From Spirochaetia bacterium (lineage in GTDB: Bacteria; Spirochaetota; Spirochaetia; CADAEX01), in assembly GCA_017446885.1 (NCBI GenBank), contig JAFSOR010000020.1:102769-166768 (forward strand): a stretch of 64,000 nucleotides of DNA, given 5' to 3'. A model generated the notes under the pieces. That model saw only the letters and a list, made by a program, of their open reading frames with translations. It did not search any database and had not been told where the DNA came from. Position 1 is the first letter of the stretch; each line of letters starts with the position of its first letter. Shown piece after piece: positions 1-8,505 of the stretch. Both the position numbers and the translations under genes were made by a program.

Positions 1-1
1 C

Positions 2-805
2 GGAAGCCAGTTCTCGGTTAATAAGATGCTTACATTCGAGTCCTACCGCAAGAGGATGGAGACAGGTCTTTCATTCATAGAGTTCAACTACCAGCTCTTG
101 CAGAGCTTCGACTACCTGAACCTGCATAAGAAATACAATGCATGTCTCCAGATCGGAGGCGATGACCAGTGGGGCAACATCGTGGCAGGTATAGACCTTA
201 TCCGCCGTCTTACAGGCGATGAGGCATACGGCCTTACATTCCCTCTTGTGACCAGAGCCGACGGCCAGAAGATGGGAAAGAGCGAGAAAGGTGCTATCTT
301 CCTGGATGCAAACCTTACCCCTGTTTACGACTTCTTCCAGTACTGGCGGAATGTCAACGACCCGGATGTGGAGAAGTTCTTCAGGCTGTTCACATTCCTG
401 CCGCTTGATGAGATTGCAGAAATCTGCAAGGGCGACATCAATGCTGCCAAAGAAAGGCTTGCCTGGGAAGTCACAGCACTTATCCACAGCAAGGAAGAGG
501 CCGACAAGGCACTGTCCGGAGCACGGGCTGCATTCAGCGGCAGTGGCAACAAGGAGCATATGCCCACAGTCGAGATTCCAAAGGCCGAATTTGAGGCTGG
601 AATCGGCATAGTGGACCTGTTCTTCAAGGCAATAGGGGGCACCAAGAGCGATGCCCGCCGGCTGGTGGAGCAGGGTGGTGCAGTGGTTGCCGACCAGAAT
701 ATCAGGGATGTCAAGGCTGTGATAAAAGCTGATGTTCTGGATGCCGACGGCGAGGTGGTGATCAAGGCAGGCAAGAAGAAAATGTTCCGTGTGGTTACCA
801 AATGA
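2..805 (+). CDS. tyrS: tyrosyl-tRNA synthetase, C-terminal part (5' end outside window)
   Basis: The frame is open from the window edge. A KMGKS (KMSKS-like) motif is followed by a C-terminal S4-like region (…RRLVEQGGAVVAD…). Confidence 0.85.
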   Translation, partial: GSQFSVNKMLTFESYRKRMETGLSFIEFNYQLLQSFDYLNLHKKYNACLQIGGDDQWGNIVAGIDLIRRLTGDEAYGLTFPLVTRADGQKMGKSEKGAIFLDANLTPVYDFFQYWRNVNDPDVEKFFRLFTFLPLDEIAEICKGDINAAKERLAWEVTALIHSKEEADKALSGARAAFSGSGNKEHMPTVEIPKAEFEAGIGIVDLFFKAIGGTKSDARRLVEQGGAVVADQNIRDVKAVIKADVLDADGEVVIKAGKKKMFRVVTK

Positions 806-812
806 TTGATAG

Positions 813-842
813 ACACCCTGTAAAAAGCAGGGTGTTTTTTTA
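813..842 (+). terminator. intrinsic terminator after tyrS
   Basis: Hairpin acaccctg/cagggtgt with 7-nt loop, followed by T7. Confidence 0.7.
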
Positions 843-891
843 TTTGACTTTATAGGAAAGTCATCCGATAATATAATTATAGGAGCAGACT

Positions 892-1176
892 ATGGCAGAA
901 GAAAAAAGCAATACAAAGAAAGTGATTTTAATCATTATCGCAGTTGTAATTATAATTCTGGCATGCCTATACGGCTGCATGGCAAAAGGAAAGAGCGCAC
1001 CTGCCGCCCAGACCACATCAGCACCTGCACCAGCTCAGGCAACCATAGAATCTGCATCTCCTGCACAGCCAGCGCCTGCACCGGCCAAACCCGCAGAGCC
1101 TGCAAAACCGGCACCTGCACCAGAGCCGCAGAAGTCTATCTTCTCAGATAGCGACGGCGTTGCTACCGACAAATAA
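892..1176 (+). CDS. small Ala/Pro-rich membrane-anchored protein (hypothetical)
   Basis: An N-terminal hydrophobic segment is followed by APAPAQ…PAPAPAKPAEPAKPAPAPEPQ low-complexity sequence. An RBS-like aggag lies upstream. Confidence 0.45.
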   Translation: MAEEKSNTKKVILIIIAVVIIILACLYGCMAKGKSAPAAQTTSAPAPAQATIESASPAQPAPAPAKPAEPAKPAPAPEPQKSIFSDSDGVATDK

Positions 1177-1448
1177 CTGCTGCACAAAGTACAAAAACTT
1201 TATTACTCATTACTACGCCAGCAAAAACCATCCCTGCTTACAGGCACTGCCGCAGGGGGCTCCCCTCGATTAGGCGGAAGCTGGCCGCAAAACCCAGGCA
1301 GGTGAAAGCGGTGACTGAATGGCAGCAAAAGGCATGCCCGTCGGTATTGCGGCCCGAAGGGAGCGCACCTACCGAGCGGGTGTGTCTTATTGCTGCCAGC
1401 AGATTGCTTGTTTGTTGTTTGACTGGGTTTTGACGGTCTGCTGGAGCA

Positions 1449-1535
1449 AAACTCGCTCCGAATTTAGTAAAAAGCAGTTGAAAACTCGCTCCGAATTTAG
1501 TATAATTAGGCTATAAACTCGCTCCGAATTTAGTA
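1449..1535 (+). repeat. three exact 21-bp direct repeats (aaactcgctccgaatttagta) at 33-bp period, overlapping a promoter
   Basis: Copies at 1449-1469, 1482-1502 and 1515-1535. Copy 2 fills the 17-bp spacer between TTGAAA and TATAAT. Confidence 0.9.
1478..1506 (+). promoter_or_regulatory. sigma70-like promoter TTGAAA-N17-TATAAT for the downstream ATPase gene
   Basis: TTGAAA at 1478-1483, TATAAT at 1501-1506, RBS ggagg at 1541-1545, ATG at 1550. Confidence 0.6.
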
Positions 1536-1549
1536 AAAATGGAGGTGGC

Positions 1550-2905
1550 ATGTACTTTGAGAGAAAGATTGACAGGTGGCTTATTGACTGGAAAAACAGG
1601 AAAGAAAAATCTCCTGCACTGATTGTGGGCATAAGACAATGTGGCAAGACAGAGAGCATCGAGCATTTTGCCAGAAACTATAAAAAGCTGGTCAAACTTA
1701 ATTTCTGGGATAACCCTGAGTATTGTTCCGATTTCGATGGGGAGCTTGATGTCGATACATTGATATCTAATATCTCATTGCGTTTTCCTTCTGTCCAGAT
1801 TACCCCAGGCGACACGCTGATATTTTTTGACGAGATACAGGAGTGTCCGCGTGCACGACTGTCATTCAAGAATTTTGAGAAAGATGGAAGATATGATGTC
1901 GTCGGCAGCGGTTCATATTTAGGAATCAATGGATATGTGGTTGGCGATAGTACACCTGCACCAACTGGGTATGATGATGTTTACCGCATGTATACGATGG
2001 ATTTCGAGGAGTTTATGTGGGCGCTTGGATACAGCAGGGAACAGATTTCCGCAATGGAAGAATATTTCAGTACAAAAAAACCGGTTCCTGAACCTATGCA
2101 TAAAAAATTCAAGGAGCTGTTTATTAAATATGCTTGTGTCGGAGGATTCCCGAAAGCTGTAAAGGCCTATGTTCAAAACGATTATAATCTGATGGAGGCT
2201 GTCAGGGTTACAGAGAGCACAGTATTTGATATGAAGACTGATTTCGGCAGGAGAAAAGGAAAGGATGGTAAGCCGCTGTTCAAACCAGCTGAGGTGGCAA
2301 GAATCCAGAATGTCTTTGAGCTGATACCCACATTCCTGGCAAAGGAGAATAAAAGGTTCATCACATCGAAGATAACGGGCGGATCATCAAAAGAAAAGGT
2401 CGATGCCATCGAATATCTGCAGCAGGCACATATTGTCAATAAAGTCTACAATCTGGAATCTCCTTCTCTGCCGTTGAAAGGCAATATCATAAAATCACAG
2501 TTCAAGCTGTTCCCCGAGGATATCGGAATTGTAACATCAATGTATGGACTGGATACTGTCATTGCCATGAACAAGGGCAACTTGGGACAGGGGAAGGGGG
2601 CTATATATGAATCTCTGGTCTTTGATTCTTTTAACAAAGGGGAAATTGACACATTTTATTTTGCAAAGGAATCGGGTCTGGAAATAGATTTTGTCATCTG
2701 CTATGACAGTCATTCGTATCTGGTGGAATCTAAATCAAAAAATGGCAATACCAAGTCAAGTAAAACAGTTATGGCACATCCTGAGCATTATGGAAAGACA
2801 AAGCTTATAAAGATAGGAGATTACAATGTGGGGGAGGAGGGAGATATTATGACAATCCCTCATTACATGGCTTTTATATTGGCAAAATCTAAAATATTAT
2901 TATAA
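1550..2905 (+). CDS. AAA+ ATPase, DUF4143/COG1373 family
   Basis: Walker A GIRQCGKTE near the N-terminus; ~450 aa, typical of the AAA_14+DUF4143 family; strong RBS. Confidence 0.75.
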   Translation: MYFERKIDRWLIDWKNRKEKSPALIVGIRQCGKTESIEHFARNYKKLVKLNFWDNPEYCSDFDGELDVDTLISNISLRFPSVQITPGDTLIFFDEIQECPRARLSFKNFEKDGRYDVVGSGSYLGINGYVVGDSTPAPTGYDDVYRMYTMDFEEFMWALGYSREQISAMEEYFSTKKPVPEPMHKKFKELFIKYACVGGFPKAVKAYVQNDYNLMEAVRVTESTVFDMKTDFGRRKGKDGKPLFKPAEVARIQNVFELIPTFLAKENKRFITSKITGGSSKEKVDAIEYLQQAHIVNKVYNLESPSLPLKGNIIKSQFKLFPEDIGIVTSMYGLDTVIAMNKGNLGQGKGAIYESLVFDSFNKGEIDTFYFAKESGLEIDFVICYDSHSYLVESKSKNGNTKSSKTVMAHPEHYGKTKLIKIGDYNVGEEGDIMTIPHYMAFILAKSKILL

Positions 2906-2950
2906 TTATTACGATATATTGCCGATAATACGATATAGAGGTATTGCCGA

Positions 2951-4120
2951 GTGAAAAAAGGACTCATAATAGCGGCTGCTGTTCTGCTTGCCTTGCTTGC
3001 AGCGACTGGTGTTATGATTCAAAGACAGCAGAAAGAAGACTCACCCCCTGTACGCATAATCGAAGATACTGCAGACAAAACCCCCTCGTCTGATAATAAT
3101 GATGCACTTTTGAATGCCCAGAATGCACAGATAGAGGAGCAGCGTGCCCGGATTAAGGAGCTTGAGGATGCCCTGGCCCAGCATGAGTTTGACTATGCCG
3201 CCCTTAAGGCCGAACGCGACAGGCTTAAGAGGCAAAGTGCCGATATAGAGGAACAGAACCGAGTTCTCCGCGGCAGGAACAATACCCTTAGAGACGATTA
3301 CGACACCCTTAAGCGGGACAGCGGCAAAGAGCTTGCCGACCTGCGCGCTCAGATAGATGATCTAGACCAGAAGCTGTCGGAGCAGGAGTCTGAGCATATT
3401 GCACTTCTGGCACAGATAGAGGAATACAAAGCGCAGCAGGCGGCCCAGGTCGAAGAGGCCGAGCGTGCACAGGCTGCCGAGCGTGCACAGTTGGCTGAGT
3501 CCGCACAGTTGGCAGAACCAGCGGAGCAAGCACAGGCTACCGAGTCCGTACAGGTGGCAGAAGCTGCCGAGTGTGTACAGGCTGCCAAACCAGCACAGGC
3601 CAACCTGCCTGGCCAGAGCCGGAACATAGTAGGGTTAAAGATAGGTGGCTCTGACATAGACCTGGAGGCAACCATAGCCCTTATGCCGCACTGGTTCCTT
3701 ATCGCAGACCTTGCCGCTGTAGAGACCCCCGACGACTTTGTGGAAGAAGAATTCCCCGGCCTTACAGCCAAGCACGCCTTCCTTTATACCGCACTGCTGG
3801 GAACAGGATTCAACTGGCGCTTTAACTCCCTGCAGCCTCAGCCCAACTTCTATATAAGTACTATGATAGGCCCTGCATGGTATGTGTACAACAACGACAC
3901 CGGCAGCGACCTTTATAAGACATATTCGGGCGGAGACGACTACAAGACATACCTTTTGTGGCGTACATCCATAGGCTTTGACATGATACTGTATAAGAAC
4001 CTTCAGTTTACCACAGACCTCAGCTTTGATTATATGAAGGATTATTTCTTTACACCGCACCTGACTGTGGGACTCCAGTGGAGTTTCAGCAGCAGCTGGG
4101 CCCTTTTCGGCAAAAAGTGA
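2951..4120 (+). CDS. secreted/outer-membrane protein with long coiled-coil and C-terminal beta-rich domain
   Basis: GTG start; signal/TM segment; ~200 aa heptad-like coiled coil including eight 6-aa (18-nt) tandem repeats; aromatic-rich C-terminal domain. Confidence 0.6.
   Translation: MKKGLIIAAAVLLALLAATGVMIQRQQKEDSPPVRIIEDTADKTPSSDNNDALLNAQNAQIEEQRARIKELEDALAQHEFDYAALKAERDRLKRQSADIEEQNRVLRGRNNTLRDDYDTLKRDSGKELADLRAQIDDLDQKLSEQESEHIALLAQIEEYKAQQAAQVEEAERAQAAERAQLAESAQLAEPAEQAQATESVQVAEAAECVQAAKPAQANLPGQSRNIVGLKIGGSDIDLEATIALMPHWFLIADLAAVETPDDFVEEEFPGLTAKHAFLYTALLGTGFNWRFNSLQPQPNFYISTMIGPAWYVYNNDTGSDLYKTYSGGDDYKTYLLWRTSIGFDMILYKNLQFTTDLSFDYMKDYFFTPHLTVGLQWSFSSSWALFGKK
3458..3601 (+). repeat. 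8 x 18-nt imperfect tandem repeats encoding AERAQA-like hexapeptides inside the CDS
   Basis: Units gccgagcgtgcacaggct, gccgagcgtgcacagttg, gctgagtccgcacagttg, … read directly. Confidence 0.8.
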
Positions 4121-4121
4121 T

Positions 4122-4511
4122 ATGGCTAAAAAGATATTCTGGATAATTACAGTTTTACTATTCTCTTTATTCTTATGCCTTTCCTGCGACGATGGAAGCC
4201 TGGTGTTCAAGAACGAGATGAGCGTAGTTACAAGCCGTGGCAGTATGGGCGAGATAACTGTAATAGTAGTAAAGGCCAATGCGGCATCAAAAGGCTACAA
4301 TTCCATAAGCCCGCTTCCAGACCCGGAGTTTACATATACCGTCGACCCCGATCCGCTCCCAGACGGAGTATCGCTTACCGGCGAGCTTGAAAGAGATTCA
4401 GGCGAACTTGAAGGGACATATATCATACGGCAGGGGACATTGGCACTCTCTGGAACAAAGGCAAGCAAATACACGCTCAAATTTTATACCAACATCTTTA
4501 CAATTTATTAA
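4122..4511 (+). CDS. small lipoprotein (lipobox LSCDDGS)
   Basis: Signal peptide plus a lipobox cysteine. It sits 1 bp after the previous gene's stop, and a degraded paralog lies at 10661-10879. Confidence 0.6.
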   Translation: MAKKIFWIITVLLFSLFLCLSCDDGSLVFKNEMSVVTSRGSMGEITVIVVKANAASKGYNSISPLPDPEFTYTVDPDPLPDGVSLTGELERDSGELEGTYIIRQGTLALSGTKASKYTLKFYTNIFTIY

Positions 4512-4695
4512 AGAAAAATAAAGTTTCTTTTTTTTGCGATATATTTCTACCAATGTTGGTAGAAATGTTTTATAACGTTGGTAATTCAGTATATTTTAAG
4601 TTTATTTTATTAAAATATAAAAATAACTATATCATTATAATATAAGTATTTATCAAAAATTTTTAAAAATATTTAAAATTTCTTACACGTTTCTA

Positions 4696-4724
4696 TTGAC
4701 AAAACAGTAACGGTATAGTAATGT
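4696..4724 (+). promoter_or_regulatory. promoter TTGACA-N17-TAATGT in a conserved module (ctattgacaa…tagtaatgttggta)
   Basis: A near-identical ~40-bp module occurs again at 61083-61116, upstream of another lipoprotein gene. Confidence 0.5.
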
Positions 4725-4906
4725 TGGTAGTGTGAGAAGAAACGATAGTTATTAATATTTAATAAACTGTCGATACTGAAAAAGGAGGGAAAATAAAAAT
4801 TCTACATTTATTTACTTTAGTAAAATAATTAATTATTATTATTGTTAGTGCATAAATATATATTCCTATATATTTTTTTTGATTTTATTATTTTAAGGAG
4901 AAGATA

Positions 4907-6208
4907 ATGAAAAGAGGGTTTTTAATGATGACAGTACTTGTCGTATTGGCAGTGCTGTTCGCATCGTGCTCCAACGGTATGAGCGAAAGTTCTGCAGAAG
5001 GCGGCTCGTCTGCGCAGAAAGTAATGGTAAGCCTTGGGGTTGATGTAGAAGGAAGTGCATCGCAGAAGGCTATAAGCGGCGATACTGATCTTAGCAGTCT
5101 GACATACTGGTATTGTGCTACCCATAACTGGGTTCAGGACAGACCGGTACATGGTGACACAGATGGAGAGTTCATCCTTATTCCAAACTACAGCACAGGT
5201 GCAGCTCCAAAGGGTTTGGGATATTTTACAGCAGGCTCTTGGACATTTGATGTAGAGGTACGCAAAGGTTCAGATAAAATCTATTCTGGCTCTGTAGATT
5301 ATAATATTTACACTGGCCATGCAAGCCCAGTAATCACAGTAACTCCTGATGGTACCGGCACAGGTTCGATATCTATTACAGTAAAAGTTCCGACAACAGG
5401 AGAACATGAGTCCCTTGCTGTTACCGGTACTGGAACTGCAGGTGCTGTAACAATGACCCGCACTGGAACTGCCGCAGGCCTCACCACATTTACTGGAACT
5501 AGTGCAGGTATTACTCCTGGTGCATACACCTTCATGTTCCGCTATACTGATGAGTCTGGAGCAGTGACTGAGGGCACAGCACAGGCAGTAACTATATTCG
5601 CAGGACAGACTTCCACTATTTCTGGTACAATCGACGGTGGAAAGTGGCATTCAAGCCAGATTACAGTCAATGCACCTGGAATCACAGGATATACCCTTTC
5701 TGCAGCTGCTGACGCTGTTTCAGTAGCCCCAAACACCAACCTTGTATATACAGCTTCCGCTACTTCTGCCCAGGGTAATACAATTAAGTATCAGTGGTTT
5801 GTAAACGGCGTTTCCCAGGGCGATGCTTCTACTACAGCTACATATACATTCAATGAGGAAAATTATGGAATGTATTATATTACTTGCTCTGCAATCGATG
5901 AGACAGCTAAAGTTATTGCTTCTGAGGATGGGGAGAACCCTCATATTTATGCATCACTTTATGTTGAGGTTGGCTACAAGGTGACATTTGCAACTGGTAC
6001 AAACGGAACTGTTGGATATGGAACAAATTCAAGTGCAACCACAATCTTTGCAGCTGGTGATATTGTATCTATGTCTGTTGAACCGGCATCTGGCTATCAT
6101 GTTGGTACACTCAGCCCAGCAGGAGAGTACGATGATGCTTCGCATACTGCTACATTCTATATGCCGGCAGCAGATACAGAGTTCTCTGCAACATTCGAGG
6201 CAGATTAA
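4907..6208 (+). CDS. surface lipoprotein, paralog of the N-terminal domain of the next two genes (lacks DUF285 repeats)
   Basis: Lipobox FASCSNG. Its N-terminal ~120 aa align with the 6334 and 8502 products (…YWY/FYYRATPQW…HG.TD…LIPN…G.WTFDV…). Thr/Gly-rich Ig-like segments follow. Confidence 0.7.
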   Translation: MKRGFLMMTVLVVLAVLFASCSNGMSESSAEGGSSAQKVMVSLGVDVEGSASQKAISGDTDLSSLTYWYCATHNWVQDRPVHGDTDGEFILIPNYSTGAAPKGLGYFTAGSWTFDVEVRKGSDKIYSGSVDYNIYTGHASPVITVTPDGTGTGSISITVKVPTTGEHESLAVTGTGTAGAVTMTRTGTAAGLTTFTGTSAGITPGAYTFMFRYTDESGAVTEGTAQAVTIFAGQTSTISGTIDGGKWHSSQITVNAPGITGYTLSAAADAVSVAPNTNLVYTASATSAQGNTIKYQWFVNGVSQGDASTTATYTFNEENYGMYYITCSAIDETAKVIASEDGENPHIYASLYVEVGYKVTFATGTNGTVGYGTNSSATTIFAAGDIVSMSVEPASGYHVGTLSPAGEYDDASHTATFYMPAADTEFSATFEAD

Positions 6209-6333
6209 GCAGATTTAGGTTTTGGTGTGGCACCGGGGCGGGGTTTCCGCCCATGGTGTCCCACCATTCAGAGGCACCCGGAATGGCGCCCCTGAACGGT
6301 GGTAACCGAGAGGAATATTAAAAAGGAAAAGAA

Positions 6334-8505
6334 TTGGAGAATAAAAGGTTGAAGGCGAAAGTAAGCAGCATAATTGCAGCAGTTTCTCTTATAACAGCAT
6401 TATTTTTCTGTATTCTCTCATGCGACAACGGCTCTGTATCCGACTCCTCTGCTAATAAATCAGATGGTCTGGTCAATGTTTCTCTTACCGTAGGGGAACA
6501 GACTTCAGACAATCAGAAAAGCATTTCGGTGGACAGCAGCATTGACCCTGCAAACCTGAAATTCTATTACAGGGCAACTCCCCAGTGGAGCCAGTCCAGC
6601 CCGATTCATGGCTCTACAAATAACCAGTTTGTACTTATTCCTAACTTCAGTGCAGGCTCTCCAGTCTCCCTTGGAAGTTTCACTGCCGGCCAGTGGATTT
6701 TCGATGTTCAGGTCAAGAATGGCTCTACCCTTGTTTACCAGGGCACCTCTGATGTGACCAGCATCTATCAGGGCAATGTGTCTGTAAGTGTCATGGTGAG
6801 CAAGATTATCCAGCAGGCTTCTGGCTCTGTAATTGTAAATGTCACAGCACCTACTGTGGATGCAGAGGCATTGACCGTAGGCTGGACAGGAACTGCAAGC
6901 AGCTCTGGAAATGCTGTTGCCACACCTCTGGGAGATGGAACCACTCAGTTCTCATATTCCACCAGCGCACTTTCATCAGGATACTATACATTCACATTAA
7001 ACCACTCCTCCACTGGCAGCGGTGCGGCGGTAGCTGTTGATCTGCGGTCTGGCGAGAGAGTGGAGATAACCGGCCACCTTGAGAACGGGGTATGGCAGGT
7101 TGGCTATGTCACTGTTAAAGTTTATACTATAACTATCAACGCAGAGGGATGTGTGGTGAATGCAAATACCACATCTGCGGCAGCAGGCGATAAAGTTACA
7201 TTCTATGCAACCCCATTTACAGGCAATGTGCTGGACGAGATAACTGTCACCTGGGCAGGCGGTACAATCATTCCTGCTGTTTCAGGGGATATGTACACAT
7301 TTACCATGCCAAGTGGCGATGTTTCTGTTACAGCATCTTATTCCGGAGTGAGCGCTGACATAGTTGTCTCCCATTTCCGTGCCATATTCAAGATACTGCA
7401 CGACGATAATCCTCTTGCCACATCCTTCGGACGGTCTCTTACAGAGCCTTCTGATGATGTTGACGAGTATTTCGAGATAAAGAATGTGAAGATGTGGTAC
7501 GATTCTGACAGCAGGAAAATATGCTGGCATTCAGATGACGGCACTATGAAGTTCCAGCCTGGCTCCCTGGCCGGCCTGTTCAAGGACTGCAGTGCTTTCA
7601 CCGCCATAAGCCTTGAGGGTATGGATACTTCTGCGATTACCGATATGTCCGGTATGTTCCAGAACTGCACTGCGCTGGCAGACCTCAATCTGGGTAATAT
7701 GGATACAGGCAGTGTAACTGATATGTCCAGGATGTTCATGGGTTGCTATGCTCTTACTGGCATTGATTTCGGCAGCAATTTCGACACTTCCAGCGTGACA
7801 GATATGTCCTATATGTTCTCAAGTGCAGATATATCTCACTCTGGCCAGCCTCCTAAGATGAATTTCCAGAGCCTTGATGTGAGCGGCTTTGACACTTCTT
7901 CTGTAACAAACATGAGTCATATGTTCTACCAGTGCTCCAACGCAAACCTTACAGTTTTGGATGTCTCCGGGTTCAGGACCCCGCTTGTAACAGATATGTC
8001 TTATATGTTCGCCTGCTATATGAATCAGCCATCCTATGTATCTGTTCTTGATCTCAGTGGCTGGGATTTCACAAACGTGACAACTGTGGCCAATATGTTC
8101 GACCGGTGCGAGTATCTGGATACTGGCTTGACATTCCCGGATACAACCAACTTTGCAAGCTTGACCACTATGACATATTTCTTCAGCCAGTGCCTGGCTC
8201 TTACCCCTGCAACATTTACCAATATTGTGTCTACCTGGACTTTTGCAGGGCAGGATGATTATGAGAAGAATGTGTATGGTATAGGCCATGATGCACCGAA
8301 TAAAACGCTGTTCGGAAACGCCGAGAACAATAATAAGGGTCAGAATACCGGAGCCAACTATATCTTCCGTGAGAATACCATGACTGGTTCCGGAAAGAAA
8401 TTTGCCGTCCGCCAGTCATATACGACAAAAGACGGTAAGAATCTGTGGATAGGTGGCGGAACCAACAGTAAGCATGCCCGGTTGACAATGGAGGAGAGCA
8501 TATGA
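6334..8505 (+). CDS. surface lipoprotein with C-terminal DUF285-type (~27-aa 'TDMSxMF') repeats
   Basis: Lipobox LSCDNGS; repeated LDVSGFDTSSVTNMSHMF / TDMSYMF units; BspA/Mycoplasma-DUF285-like. Confidence 0.75.
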   Translation: MENKRLKAKVSSIIAAVSLITALFFCILSCDNGSVSDSSANKSDGLVNVSLTVGEQTSDNQKSISVDSSIDPANLKFYYRATPQWSQSSPIHGSTNNQFVLIPNFSAGSPVSLGSFTAGQWIFDVQVKNGSTLVYQGTSDVTSIYQGNVSVSVMVSKIIQQASGSVIVNVTAPTVDAEALTVGWTGTASSSGNAVATPLGDGTTQFSYSTSALSSGYYTFTLNHSSTGSGAAVAVDLRSGERVEITGHLENGVWQVGYVTVKVYTITINAEGCVVNANTTSAAAGDKVTFYATPFTGNVLDEITVTWAGGTIIPAVSGDMYTFTMPSGDVSVTASYSGVSADIVVSHFRAIFKILHDDNPLATSFGRSLTEPSDDVDEYFEIKNVKMWYDSDSRKICWHSDDGTMKFQPGSLAGLFKDCSAFTAISLEGMDTSAITDMSGMFQNCTALADLNLGNMDTGSVTDMSRMFMGCYALTGIDFGSNFDTSSVTDMSYMFSSADISHSGQPPKMNFQSLDVSGFDTSSVTNMSHMFYQCSNANLTVLDVSGFRTPLVTDMSYMFACYMNQPSYVSVLDLSGWDFTNVTTVANMFDRCEYLDTGLTFPDTTNFASLTTMTYFFSQCLALTPATFTNIVSTWTFAGQDDYEKNVYGIGHDAPNKTLFGNAENNNKGQNTGANYIFRENTMTGSGKKFAVRQSYTTKDGKNLWIGGGTNSKHARLTMEESI

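Noticed and set aside
1449-1535. Direct repeats that could be mistaken for a mini-CRISPR array
   Set aside because: There are only three copies. The 'spacers' are 12 bp. The repeats overlay promoter elements of the downstream gene, and there are no cas genes. Read as operator/iteron sites instead.
1319-1659. Short ORFs 1319..1516 (+) and 1387..1659 (-)
   Set aside because: They merely translate the 21-bp direct repeats (repeated peptide LNSERV…) and the GC-rich leader. They lack start context.
4546-4731. Inverted repeats CTACCAA…TTGGTAG flanking the lipoprotein promoter as a possible invertible (phase-variation) switch
   Set aside because: The repeats are short (7 bp). One pair is simply a local palindrome. 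No site-specific recombinase gene is in the window. The motif TTGGTA recurs as part of a conserved promoter block, not as inversion sites.
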